From Octopus sinensis (Eukaryota), in assembly GCF_006345805.1 (NCBI RefSeq), contig NC_043007.1:29388001-29452000 (forward strand): a stretch of DNA of 64,000 nucleotides, read 5' to 3'. Under the pieces are notes generated by a model. That model ran no database searches. It was not told where the DNA came from and was given only the letters and a program-made list of their open reading frames with translations. Positions within the stretch are counted from its first letter, which is position 1; each line of letters opens with the position of its first letter. The position numbers and the translations under genes were made by a program. Below, piece by piece: positions 1 through 12,615 of the stretch.

Positions 1-586
1 CCCTTCGTTAAGGAGCGAGGGTCATTTAAAGCTTTGCGACCTCGCAAATGAAAGCAGGATTTTCGAAGTCTGTACTTATTCATTTCAAAACCTAGTTTTG
101 AAGTCCCTTAAGTGAATCCTTCAAAGTTTGAGGCTATTCATGTTGAAAATTAATCTAGAGTTAACTTAAATCCTTAACTTAAAATTCTAAAATCGAAAAT
201 TTCATTTGGAAATTCCTTAAATAACAGTTTGGCGTTGTGGTGCCTTGCGTCGAACCTGATTTTGAAGCCATTTAGGTGAAAACTCAGAATAAATCGTCAT
301 TCAACCAAAAGCTATGTTTGGTCCTTGTTAAGGGTCATAAAGCTAATTTTGAAATTCTTAAAGTGGGAACCTAATTTTAAGTTCCCTATCATCGAAATGT
401 AATTTTGGGATCTCAAAGAAGGAACATGATAATAAAGAAATTGTTCACATTGTCTCTCAATTCTACATCATTATATTGATTTCTAAGATGGCAGCAGATT
501 TACACGGAGGAAGTAAAATGAAAGAGAAAGAACTCTGAGCGGTCAAAGACAGCAGGGTTTCCAAAAAAATGTTATTTCTTACTCAC

Positions 587-754
587 CATCCAAAGAAGTG
601 GAGCCTTTGTTGTCCTTACCAATCTCAGCCAAAGACATGCTTCGCTTTCCCGTTGTGCTATTAATCGACTCTTCTTCTTTCTCCTCCTCCAACATCTCGA
701 ATCGATAGGATCGATACATCTCATCCACTCCATTGATATCGGAATCGGAATAAT
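587..754 (-). CDS. Internal coding exon (168 nt, phase 1 to phase 1) of an unidentified gene; reads (D)YSDSDINGVDEMYRSYRFEMLEEEKEEESINSTTGKRSMSLAEIGKDNKGSTSLD
   Basis: On the minus strand, pyrimidine-rich acceptor ttctgttctattgtcttccag| and canonical donor GATG|gtgagtaag. Length is a multiple of 3 and the phase-1 frame is open with a protein-like acidic sequence. That frame is not in the ORF track. Confidence 0.8.
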
Positions 755-850
755 CTGGAAGACAATAGAACAGAATTCAAAATGGTATCGCTCATGGTTT
801 GAATTTGTGTGTGCTGTGAGTGTGTGTATGTATATATAAATATACATATA

Positions 851-1237
851 TATTCTTTTTTTCTTTTACCTGTTTCAGTCATTTGACTGCGGCCATGCTG
901 GAGCACCGCCTTTAATCGAACAAATTGACCCCAGGACTTATTCGTTGTTAGCCTGTACTTATTCTATCGGTCTCTTTTGCCGAACCGCTAAGTTACGGGG
1001 ACGTAAACACACCAGCATCGGTTGTCAAGCGATGTTGGGGGACAAATACACACACACACACACACACACACACATATGATGGGCTTCTTTCAGTTTCCAT
1101 CTACCAAATCCATTCACAAGGCTTTGGTCGGCCCGATGCTATAGTAGAAGACACTTGCTCAAGGTGCCATGCAGTGGGACTGAACTCGGAACCATGTTGT
1201 TGGTAAGCAAGCTACTTACCACACAGCCACTCCCACG

Positions 1238-1240
<3 letters not shown>
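851..1240 (-). mobile_element. tRNA-derived SINE, family A (complete copy with internal (CA)n)
   Basis: Head GTGGCTGTGTGGTAAG...GGTTCCGAGTTCAGTCCC (A/B-box-like); tail GGCGGTGCTCCAGCATGGCCGCAGTCAAATGACTGAAAC. Many related copies in the window. Confidence 0.85.
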
Positions 1241-1242
<2 letters not shown>

Positions 1243-1279
<37 letters not shown>

Positions 1280-1310
1280 TATATATATATATATAATATA
1301 ATATTATATA

Positions 1311-1351
<41 letters not shown>

Positions 1352-1357
1352 TATATA

Positions 1358-1451
<94 letters not shown>

Positions 1452-1455
1452 ATAT
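1243..1455. repeat. (AT)n microsatellite
   Basis: Direct inspection. Confidence 0.95.
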
Positions 1456-1542
1456 AATTGTTTTCCATACTTACAGTTGAAAAAGTCTCAATGATTTTAA
1501 AAATTATTTTAGCATTTTCAACTGTAAGTATGGAAAACAATT
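1456..1542. repeat. Perfect 28-bp inverted repeat with 31-bp spacer
   Basis: aattgttttccatacttacagttgaaaa (1456-1483) is the reverse complement of ttttcaactgtaagtatggaaaacaatt (1515-1542). Confidence 0.9.
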
Positions 1543-3522
1543 AAATTTTGGAAAAATGAAATGGAAAGTATTTTAAAAGAATATCTGCATAGTATTCAAA
1601 TGGAAGGGGCATTTGCTTGTTTCTGCTTGTCACTTACACAAACACACACATATGTGTATGCATATAACTCCATATACTTATGGGTCTATGGGTGAGGACA
1701 GGTGTCTGCGCCTACGAAACTCTAAGTAATGTAGACTGAGTCAACCTGCTATGAAATCATTAAAAGTCCATATTTGGTTTATCAACATGTTCTTTGACGT
1801 GAACATTTAACCTCACATAGCAACAGTCAAGTTATTTATTGTGTTTCTTAAATAGTATTCAGTATCTATAACAAATATACAAGACGTTCTGACAATGACC
1901 ATTAGGTTTACTTTGATATTGGGACATGTCTGGCTATCTCTAGTTTCATTACATCAGAACAACCAACTCTCGTGACTGACAGACACGACCACTTCCATTT
2001 AAGATGCAAGGCACTCGTGTGCTTGAGTGCTTGTATATCACTCTAAAGCTTCGTCTATGTTCTATGTATAATGTACTGTTCCGTTATTTATGGGAACCAA
2101 AAAAAAGGTACCCCACCCTCTGAGAAATAAATATATTTTAATATACACTGTATTTCAATTCAAGCTACTATAATTTTCTCGCTTCTGCTACTACAATGGT
2201 CGGACGAGCTTGCATTGCGTCCTATGTCTATTGGGCAACCATTCATGTTCAAAATACATGATTGCTCTCTGAGAAAAAACAAGAACAAATGAAAGAAAAA
2301 GAAATTAAAAAGAAACGCGAATGAAAGCATGTAGGAGAGCGAAATAAGAGTGGTGTCCCCTTGGTCCATTTGGACGGGAGTTAGTAATGGTTGGTTGGGT
2401 TAATTCGGCAGGGAAGGTTTAAAATTTGTGAGACTGTGTTTTTAATCTGGTAAAGGTGATATTCTCCAGTTCAATAATAGAAACTTATTCAGATGCTTGT
2501 ATTTAGTAAAAAATGTCGGGTCTAAAATTAAGTAGGTCGGCAGAATTCTTAGATTTACAAAGGATATAAGTTCTTTCAGCTATACAAAGCCTACTCCTCC
2601 TTGACCATTAACATGTGGCTGGGGAATCCTACAATACTTCATGTGACAGTGTATGGTGTATGGTTGGCTGCCAAGAACCAGATATGGTTAGCTGACTAAG
2701 GGGTTTTCTTCTTGTTTACGTGCAGTAAAGAAGATTGGTGATTGGCTAACCAATACTGTATACAAGAGACTGATAAAAACTTTGTCTTTATACAGAATAT
2801 TTTCGGGGAAATAAAAAGAGGGATCAACTAAATTAGTTTCAGTATTGTGTTGGGATTTTCTCAACGAGTGAGTAACTTCTTTAAGTGTTTGCAGAGATTA
2901 ATTCGGGTATCACAAAAGTTGAAGATACAAATAGAAGACTTCTATTTCGGCGTTAAGTAAGGGAAGCCATGATTATCTGCAAAACTAAAGTGTTTGTGAA
3001 TACCATGGAGGCTTTCGGCGATCGTGGCAGCTTATTTCATCTTCGCATTGCAATGATATGTTTAAATAAACTGGGTTACGTTAATGTTGTATTCGGTTGT
3101 AACCTCCTGAGTAAATTTATATAAATGTAATAATATAATATAGAGATAAAATGGACGTATTATGGAGAGCCAGTAGCATAACAGGTGTATATATATATCT
3201 TACGCGCACACACACACTACAACTTCAAAACTGAATTAGAATTATCAAATAACATTCACAATTTTTGTTTCTTTCTTCTTCCTTATCTCGATATCGACTT
3301 TTAATGGATTGAAATGCGTTCGTCGATAAGTTTTCTTCACTAATTATATACATACATAAATGCATACATATATACATATATACGCACATATATGTTTATA
3401 TGCATGCGTACATGTCTGTTCATGCATATAAAATATAATATATATTTACATCTATATGCACACATATATACATAATCATATATATCAATTTATATATAGA
3501 TATGTATAATTATGAGTGTGTG

Positions 3523-3557
<35 letters not shown>

Positions 3558-3765
3558 GTATGTACGTATGCATGCATGCTTGCACGTATTATGTGTGTGT
3601 ATGTATGTATATGTGCGGCATTGATTCCACTCCACACGTATTTGATATTTCCAATTTAATTCTCATCTGAATTCAAGAACGATTCAGGTTATTCATTTCT
3701 TTCAAACAAACAGGGAAAAAGAACCATTGACAGACATTTATATAAACAAGCGCACGCGCGCGCGC

Positions 3766-3805
<40 letters not shown>

Positions 3806-3897
3806 TACATACACAGAGGCGCGCGCGCACGGGTACATTGTAAAAGTGCAACAATATATATACAAAAGCACGCACTAGTAAACGCACGCCATATATT

Positions 3898-3951
<54 letters not shown>

Positions 3952-4090
3952 CAGAATGCTAAAGGTTTCAATACATAAACAGAAAAAAAAATCTCGTTAT
4001 TCTACAAAACATGAAATAAGAAGATTTTTGTTGCGTGACAGATTAAATAATCTCTTTTGATGTTAAATGATCTATCTCCCTATCCATCCA

Positions 4091-4164
<74 letters not shown>

Positions 4165-4321
4165 TATCTACCTACCTCCTTAGCCTTCGCTCTTTCTATC
4201 TCTCTACTTACCTTTCCATATATCCATCCATCTAACGATTTAATTATACTTCTCTCTATCCACCTATCAATTATACAAACACATGAATGCGTGCATTAAT
4301 CGCATTCGTACCTATCTCTAA

Positions 4322-4357
<36 letters not shown>

Positions 4358-4894
4358 CCCTTTCATTGTTATACTCCTTCCCTCCCTCTCACTCTCTCTA
4401 CTTCCCACTCTCTACCAATACTTTTCTTTCCCTCTCATATCTACTACCACCTCCCTTCATTTTCTCTCTCTCTCTCTCACCTCCTCTCCTCTTTACCCTC
4501 CACCCCCATTCCCTTCCTTATCCGACCAATTCCTTGAAATAATTGCATGCGAAAGTTCTCTCTTCTTCGAATCTAGTTGTTGCCACTGAGCAATGTCTTC
4601 AGGAAACAACATTACTTAGATGCATCATTCTAGATTATGTATATAGGTACCATGGGGATGCACATTTTTTGTAATGTACAGAATAATTTAAGAATATTTA
4701 GTTAAGCTTCTGCTCTGAGTTCAAATCCTGTCCTCTCTAATCCACTCAAGACGTCTTCAAAGGCATCCTAATCACTTAACTCTACCCGTCTATCATTATC
4801 GCTTGTCTGCAGAAGGCTACGGGCATGGCCCTTGTTCACCGCACGAAAATACATACTATTACTCGAAATAAAAATAATCCTTTATACTAGATGC

Positions 4895-5075
4895 AAAAAG
4901 GCTGAAATTTTGCGGAGTGGGTCTCATCGCCTCCCCCCGGGCTCAGCTGGTGCTTATTTTGTTGATCTCGGAAGGATAAAAAGTAAAGTCGATCGCAGCG
5001 GCATTTGAACTTAGAACGCAAAGGCGGGCAAAATGCCGCCAAGCGTTTGATAACCCTTCCACCAGCTCGTCCCCT
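4895..5075 (-). mobile_element. tRNA-derived SINE, family B (MetaSINE-like core), diverged
   Basis: Reverse complement of the family-B core (...CGACTTTAC.TTTTATCCTTCCGAGATCAACAAAATAAGCACCAG). Confidence 0.65.
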
Positions 5076-5283
5076 AATTCTCTGTTACCATAGTAATAAG
5101 CTCTGCGTAGTTATAATCTATTCTATTTTCATACATCCTCGGACTCTCCACTTCACAAACTACTGCTTTGCTGCCTTTCCATAACATCGAAGCCGGACAC
5201 AATGGTTCTTACCACACACCAACGGAATCCCGCCTCGGTGGAGCATTACAGGATAATATTTAGCAACCTTTTACGCTATTTTA

Positions 5284-5500
5284 AGGCGGCGAGCTGGCAG
5301 AGTGGTTAGCTCGCCGGACAAAATACTTTGCGGCATTTTTCCCGTCTTTACGCTCTCAGTTCAATTTTCAGCCAGTCCGACGTTGCTATTCATCCCTTCT
5401 GTATCGATAAATTAAGGACCAGTTGAGCACTGGGGTCGATGTAATCGACTTAACCCCTCTTTCTGAATTACTGGTCTTTTACCAAAATTCGAAACCAATC
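5284..5500 (+). mobile_element. SINE family B (MetaSINE-like)
   Basis: Head GGCGGCGAGCTGGCAGAGTGGTTAGC...; core GCTATTCATCCCTTC.GTATCGATAAATTAAGGACCAG...CTGGGGTCGATGTAATCGACT. Confidence 0.8.
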
Positions 5501-6029
5501 TTATCCTCTATTTAGTAATCGTCCCAACATATTCCACAGGTAATACACCGGAGTTGGCAGTTGATTGTCGGAATAAACACAGCACGCGATTATAATCAGT
5601 TGGTCAGGTAAGAAGGTTAAACCGTTTTCATGTCTGGTCTTGGAATAAAGCGAACGAAGAATGTAACTGCGGTGTTTCGTTTTTCTCATAAGAATTTGTG
5701 AGAAAACTCAATCTGACCACAAGGTGTAATCCTGAAAACGTTTCCGGATAATCAATTTTAAATGTAATAAAGCCATATTGGTAACACAACTAGGATTTCC
5801 TCACTTATTTCTCCCTTGTTTCCAATAAAACTACACCGACATTAACTTGCAACTAATAAAAGAGATGGAAGACCGAACAACGTGACTTAACAGTCGTGAT
5901 ATTTTAAATGGCCTTCCAGCGTTGAAATCACTTAACAAACCGTCTTGTTTATCGTAAGAGAGGCTAAATGTCTATCGCTACTTCTTCAACATGATTTAAC
6001 CAAGTGGAGACAATAACATCCTCTATTGC

Positions 6030-6073
6030 TTATATTATTATTATTATCATTATTATTATCATTATTATTATTA

Positions 6074-6156
<83 letters not shown>

Positions 6157-6196
6157 GTTATTATTATTATTATTATTATTATCATTATTATTATTA

Positions 6197-6227
<31 letters not shown>
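6030..6227. repeat. (ATT)n/(ATC)n microsatellite
   Basis: Direct inspection; source of the poly-Ile/Leu ORF artefacts. Confidence 0.95.
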
Positions 6228-6406
6228 AGCTTGTAGTTCAAGATAGACAAGGAGTGCAACGTTACACAAATCTCTCTCGCTCTTCTCTCTGTCTCTCTCT
6301 CTCTCTCTCTCTTTGTTTCCATAAACATATATATGTGTGTGCGTGTCTGTAATATATGCATGTATACATGCATTGATGCACCACGTATATATGTGTTGTG
6401 TGTGCT

Positions 6407-6458
<52 letters not shown>

Positions 6459-6613
6459 ATATATACATATATTATATTTGTGTGTGTATAGATAAAAAAA
6501 ACTCGAATCCAAAACAGATTTGGTGGTTGTAGTCTACATATGTATATATGTGTGCGCGCATGCGCATATGAGTATTCTTGTATTGACATATACCTACCTA
6601 CCTACCTACCTTC

Positions 6614-6681
<68 letters not shown>

Positions 6682-7106
6682 ATCTATCTATGTCTATCTC
6701 AGTAAGCACATATACATACGCACGCGCTTACACCTCCACAGAGGCACACACGAATCTAAGTCTGTTTCTTTGTCGGCCATTCTCCAGTCGATAAAGCAAC
6801 GATTAAAGATGCAGGAAAATATAATTCTTCAACCGGATTCCAATAATGCCGTTTGTGAAAGACACCATCACGGCATCCTACGAAACAGTGTCTTGCAGTG
6901 GCTAAAGAAAAAAATGGAGAACTTTGCCACACACACACACATTCACACAAATACACACAGACAGACAGACAGACAGACACAGACACATCCACTCACACAC
7001 ATATATGCGCACGCACAAGCACACACATGCCCCCCCCACACACATACATGCATATACGCACATGCACGGACATATGGAGATAAACACGCATACTCTCACA
7101 TAAATA

Positions 7107-7313
7107 TATTCTTTTATTCTTTTACTTGTTTCAGTCATTTGACTGCGGCAATGCTGGAGCACCGCCTTGAGTCGAACAAATCGACCCCAGGACTTATTCT
7201 TTATAAGCCCAATACTAATTCTATCTATCTGTTTTGCCGAATCGCTAAGTTACGGGGACGTAATCACACCAACGTCGGTTATCCAGCGATGGTGGGGGGA
7301 CAAACATAGACAT

Positions 7314-7368
<55 letters not shown>

Positions 7369-7528
7369 TACACATACATATATATATATATATATATAAT
7401 ACGCCAGGCTTCTTTCAATTTCCGTCTACCAAATCCACTCACAGGACTTTGGTCGGCCCGTGGCTATAGTAGAAGACATGCCCAAGGTGCCACGCATTGG
7501 GACTGAACCCGGAACCACACAGCCACGC
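7107..7528 (-). mobile_element. SINE family A copy
   Basis: Colinear with 851-1240; internal (AT)n; partial deletion in the head. Confidence 0.85.
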
Positions 7529-7540
7529 ATATATATATAT

Positions 7541-7718
7541 TTTGTCTGTCGTTACGTTCCGAGTTCAAATTCCGCCGAGGTCGACTTTGCCTTTCATCCT
7601 TTCGGGGTCGATAAATTAAGTACCAGTTACGCACTGGGGTCGATGTAGTCGACTTAATCCCTTTGTCTGTCCTTGTTTGTCCCCTCTGTGTTTAGCCCCT
7701 TGTGGGCAGTAAAGAAAT
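7541..7718 (+). mobile_element. SINE family B, 5'-truncated, with the Tx1-like tail variant
   Basis: Core GTCGACTTTGCCTTTCATCCTTTCGGGGTCGATAAATTAAGTACCAG; tail TCTGTGTTTAGCCCCTTGTGGGCAGTAAAGAAA. Confidence 0.85.
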
Positions 7719-8426
7719 ATATATATATTTTGTCCCTTAACTGACTTCATCTACTTTAAAAGTACCGCAAGGGATATTACTGTTTACACCCCGGGTAAGC
7801 TGCCCACGAACAACTTTGTCCCGTTGAGAGAAGGTCTATGGAGTTTTGCCGATATTTCAAATGCAAAACACCTACCCTTGATTTACTTCCAAGTACGAGT
7901 TTGGTTTCTAAGAACCATAGAGCAAAAACAGTAAAATACCGACTCTAAAATGGCCCACGATAATAAATGCAACGACAACAGACATCTGTAAATAGAACAG
8001 ATGTCAACATATTCACTAACACCATTTTGTGGTTGGACTTGTACAGCCAAACGTTAATATGGAGAGGACAGCGGAAATATACGAGAGATGACGGAAATGT
8101 ATCGTCTGCTGTTTGGTTCCGAAGAAATAATATAAAACTACTTTTCACTCTAATATCAATATCATCAAAACAAAACATTCTAATAACACATTTTCTTTGA
8201 TTCCTTTCATTTATTCTATCAGAGTTTTTTTTTATTCAATTTTTCTTTCTTTCTTAATTTCATTTATTTTTCATTTGTTTGTTTGTTTGTTTGCTTGTTT
8301 GATGTTTGATGTTTGTTTGTTTGTTTGTTTGCTTGTTTCTTTCTTCCTTTTTTCCTTTCTTCAATCATATTTTCAAAATATTTCGCTTATTTGTTATTTT
8401 AACCTCCCTACTCTCTCTCTGCCTTC

Positions 8427-8520
<94 letters not shown>

Positions 8521-8666
8521 GCCTCTCTATCTCTCTCTCTTTGAACTTTATAAACCCAGTTTCATTTAAAAGAAATATTATGTTTGGAGACAGCCCAATT
8601 CCATTTAGAACTTTCTTGGTCTAATGGGACTTCGTCAACAATACATGCGACCGCCTGTGTATCAAC

Positions 8667-8811
8667 GCTTGCTCGAATCGTTGAGAAGTTTGCTTCACAA
8701 CGACGAGGTCCCAACTTCGACCCTGTTGCGTGGCATGTTGGTAGTAAAAGGTTTTTCACGACGGCCTCGCGTCGACGTATACCTGGACAGGCGGAAGCCG
8801 TATAGAAGCCC
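8667..8811 (+). mobile_element. Distant relative of the SINE family A head
   Basis: GAGAAGTTTGCTTCACAAC...TGCGTGGCA...GGCGGAAGCCGTATAGAAGCCC aligns by eye to family A AAGAAGCTTGCTTCCCAAC...TGCGTGGCA...GACGGAAACTGAAAGAAGCCC. Confidence 0.5.
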
Positions 8812-9049
8812 ATTGAATGCATTGTACGTGTAATTCAAAAGTGCAGTCTTGTGCCACTGTGCCACACTGACTCCGCGTCGGAGTTACATTATGGCTTTAC
8901 TCCCATATAGAAAAGACAACTAATTAAATCACTTTTATATTAAATTGTTTAAATATTTAACGTTGAGTTTAACCGAGAAAAGAAATAAATAAAAGAAAAT
9001 GCAAGTCTTTCATTTATTTCTCCATTTTTCAGTTAGAAATAATATATTT

Positions 9050-9200
9050 CTTCAAATTCCGCCGAGGACGACTTTGCCTTTCATCCTTTCGGGGCCGATA
9101 AATTAAATACCAGTTGCGTAATGGATTCGATCTAATCGATTGGCCCCTCCCCCCCAAATTTCGGGCCTTGTGCCTAGCTAGAGTAGAAAAGAAAAAATTG
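9050..9200 (+). mobile_element. SINE family B fragment
   Basis: TTCAAATTCCGCCGAGGACGACTTTGCCTTTCATCCTTTCGGGGCCGATAAATTAAATACCAG. Confidence 0.8.
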
Positions 9201-10794
9201 TGTTTCTATCGAAATATATCTTTTCTATCTTCGATGTCTTTTAAATATTTACGAAAGGATTACTTCACTGTTGAGGGTCAGACGTATCCAGCAACAGATC
9301 GTCAGTTATGGAGATGTGCTCTGTTGTACACAATACCCCTGCTGTCCATGGGTGGAATTGAACTCAATATCACGAGTTAACGAAATAATCAATATTACAG
9401 AACGGTAAAAGCAAAGCTGACTCAGAAGGATTTTCATTCTTTCTGAGTTTAAATCGGAGCTGGAGTAGTTTACTTTGCCTTTCATCATTTTGGAGTGGAT
9501 AAAGTACCAGCCACCTACTGGGGGATGATCTAATTGACTGTACTTTCCCTAAATGCTAGAAACCAACAGAGCAGAACTGAGTTTAGAGAGCTAGCTTTCT
9601 GCCGGTTAGCAGTTTTGATCTTGAAAACTTATGTTCACAGGTGGTTCAGCCGTAACCATTCCGTTTTACTCACCCAGGCATAGTGTATCTAGAGATATAT
9701 TTGCCCAATGTTGGCATTTTGATTTGTGGTGTTAGTCAGTACCTCATCAAGTTAATCCTGATCATGACAAGGCCACTCGCATTTTCGTTCTGGCACAGTT
9801 TATCTTGGATTATAGGACTATGTTTCATTCTCTTTTGTTAAGACATTAGGCTATAACTAAGGGGAGATACGGCTGATTCCAAATGGAATTAGATGATATC
9901 TCAGGGCGGCTGAAAGGTCGTGGAGAGGATCTCTTGGTCCCTGGTTTGGCTATGGTTGATAGAAGATAATCATGATGACGTTGAAAGGATAAAAGACAAA
10001 ATCTACTCTACTGGGTATCGAACTCACAAAGGGATGATAAATAACACTAATCAATCGATACATCCCACCATCCATCAATCTCATTTTAAACACAATATTA
10101 TTATTCACCACAAAACTATACAATATAGGATGGTGGGTAGTGATGGTGGTAATTGTGGTGGCGGTGGTAGTGGTGGTCGTGGATGAGATGGTAGGAATCC
10201 TAGCGGTAGAGGTGTTGGCTGAAGGAATCAATAGATCAACTAAACCCAACTTAGTAATTGACCGTTCCATATTTAACCCTCCGCCACTGTTACTATAAAA
10301 CTAATTCTACTCTGACAGCATTTGAACTTATAGTGAAAACAGAAATAACTAAATATGTTTAATCCGGCAATTCCCACCCTGTCTCCTCTTTTGATTCTCT
10401 TGTCCGGCACTTCATGAATTTTGTCATCTACAGTCTCTCTTTTGTTCGATACTTTACCAATAATATCCTCATCTTATTGGGATTTTGGTCATACTGAAGC
10501 AATATCTGTATATATATCAAGGGAGCTAGGGCGAAAATTATATACACATGTACATTATTATTAATTTAATGCATTAATTGTCTATATATTATCATAGTAT
10601 GCTGACTACTTTTTGAAAATCATTAACGCGATTTTTATCCTTATATTCTTTTATGTGTATGTATATATATGTATGTACATATATATATATATATATATAA
10701 TATATATATATATATAATATATATAATATATATATATTGTATATATATACATATATATATATATGTATATATATATATATTATATATATATAAT

Positions 10795-10843
<49 letters not shown>

Positions 10844-12558
10844 AATATATATATACACACATATATTTATATGTATATATATATATACATATATATATAC
10901 ACACAGACATATATGTTATACACACATACATAGATACTTACATATATATGCATACAATATATACATACATATATATACATACAATATACAATATTGTATT
11001 ATATTGTATATAAGACAAAATTGTAGTATATACTACATATAAAACAATATAAAAAAACAATATCAAAATCTCATTTCATGAACCATAGAAAAACACTTTT
11101 GTCCCACGTCAATTCTGCTGACTGGCGCTGCTTGTTTTTCTCAGATGTTTGTCTCCATATTCTAGAAATAGTAACTACTCGTACAAAAAAACGCATCAGG
11201 TGTCGCCAAAAAAGAAACCAAATGGAGATTTTTTTTGATAAATTTACGATGTTTGATAGTAGCTACTACGATGTTTGGTAGTAGTAGTAGTAGTAGAAGT
11301 AGCAGCATTAGTAGTGTTTTTTGATGTTGTTTTTATTGCTGACCTCATTGCGTCCATATTTATTTCAACATGAATGAAATGCTAATGAGAGTTGGGACGA
11401 CAACCACCACAACAAAAACTAATTTAATTGGCGATATTCACAAAAAAAAAAAAATCCAAAAATTTCTTTTGAAATATAATTTCCGTTTCTCCATTATTCT
11501 TTTGTTTGTTTGTTTTATCAGCAATCAGATGTTAATTATTAATTACTGACTATTTTGTTTGTCATTGATACAGAAACTAATTTGATTTCGAAAGTTTCAT
11601 CGATGCCCAGTTCCAATTCCACTGTTCAACCATAAACAATGGAAGAAGGAGAGAACAAGACTAATCGGAAATACAACTTTCTCCTTTGTTAAATTCAGAG
11701 AAGTTTTACATACACACCACCCCGCCCCATGCAAAATTGTGTTGATAAACTAAGTAAACTATACACACTAATATTGCGAAAGAGTCTATGACATTTCGGA
11801 TGTTAGTCATTCATCAGAATAAAGAGAAAAACATTGGGGAAGAGAAATAAAAATGGACGACAGGTTAGGAACCCGGTGGGAATGTAGTTCTATGGGAGTG
11901 AATTAAGAAAGGAGGAGGGGTGTATGTGTATGTGTGTAGGTGTGAATGTCAGTGTGTGTGTGTATATGTATGTGTGTAGGTGTGTTTGAATTTACAATCA
12001 ACAAAGTACGCTACATAAAGTTGAGTTTATATAAGTATTTGAAGATGAGGGTTTCGTCTTATGTCGCTCGGAGTTTCGCTAATCAAAGTGACAAATGCTA
12101 CAACCAAGTAACTTTGAAATATTTTAAAAATTTTCTTAATTTTTAATTTTTAAAGATATATTTGTAATTTATATATTTTTATTATAGTTTTACTCATATT
12201 CTTATTTTTCTATTTAATATGACTTATAATATGTATTTTTAACTTTGATGCATTAATAATAATAACAATAAGATAAATAGCTTGAGGACGCACTGGTGGA
12301 TTTTATGTATTAAGTATAGCCTGGATAAACATACCACCAGCGCAGAAACACGTGTAGCGTTGATTAAAAATACCTTCTTTCCCCACAGACAAATAACTGG
12401 TAAGTTAAATATATATTTTTAAATAATTTTATTGTATTTTATAGTAGGTTTTTTAAATGCTTATATTATTTTATTGGATATAACTTTCTATGTGTATTCC
12501 ATACAATAAGGTTATCCTGAAGTAGGAGTTGCAGTTCTATTGGTAAAATCCCAAATTT

Positions 12559-12615
<57 letters not shown>

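Noticed and set aside
572-847. 91-aa minus ORF overlapping the exon
   Set aside because: Wrong frame: it starts in a microsatellite and runs through both splice sites. The phase-1 frame is the protein-like one.
2150-2950. Possible APE-endonuclease relic (..NGQGGVGFV..) and an acceptor at about 2270 on the minus strand
   Set aside because: Only one short motif, with stops in every frame and no usable donor.
4497-4596. Minus-strand open segment DIAQWQQLDSKKRELSHAIISRNWSDKEG with aag| acceptor and |gtaaag donor
   Set aside because: 100 nt, phase 1 to 2, incompatible with the phase-1 exon at 754; the end lies in low-complexity purine sequence.
5540-5607. Plus-strand 68-nt segment bounded by ccacag| and CAG|gtaaga
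   Set aside because: No partner exons or recognisable peptide; such pairs are expected by chance in 64 kb.
11775-11825. Minus-strand CTGATGA-atgactaacatcc-GAAA
   Set aside because: Stem II does not pair and stem I is absent; could be chance or a very old relic.
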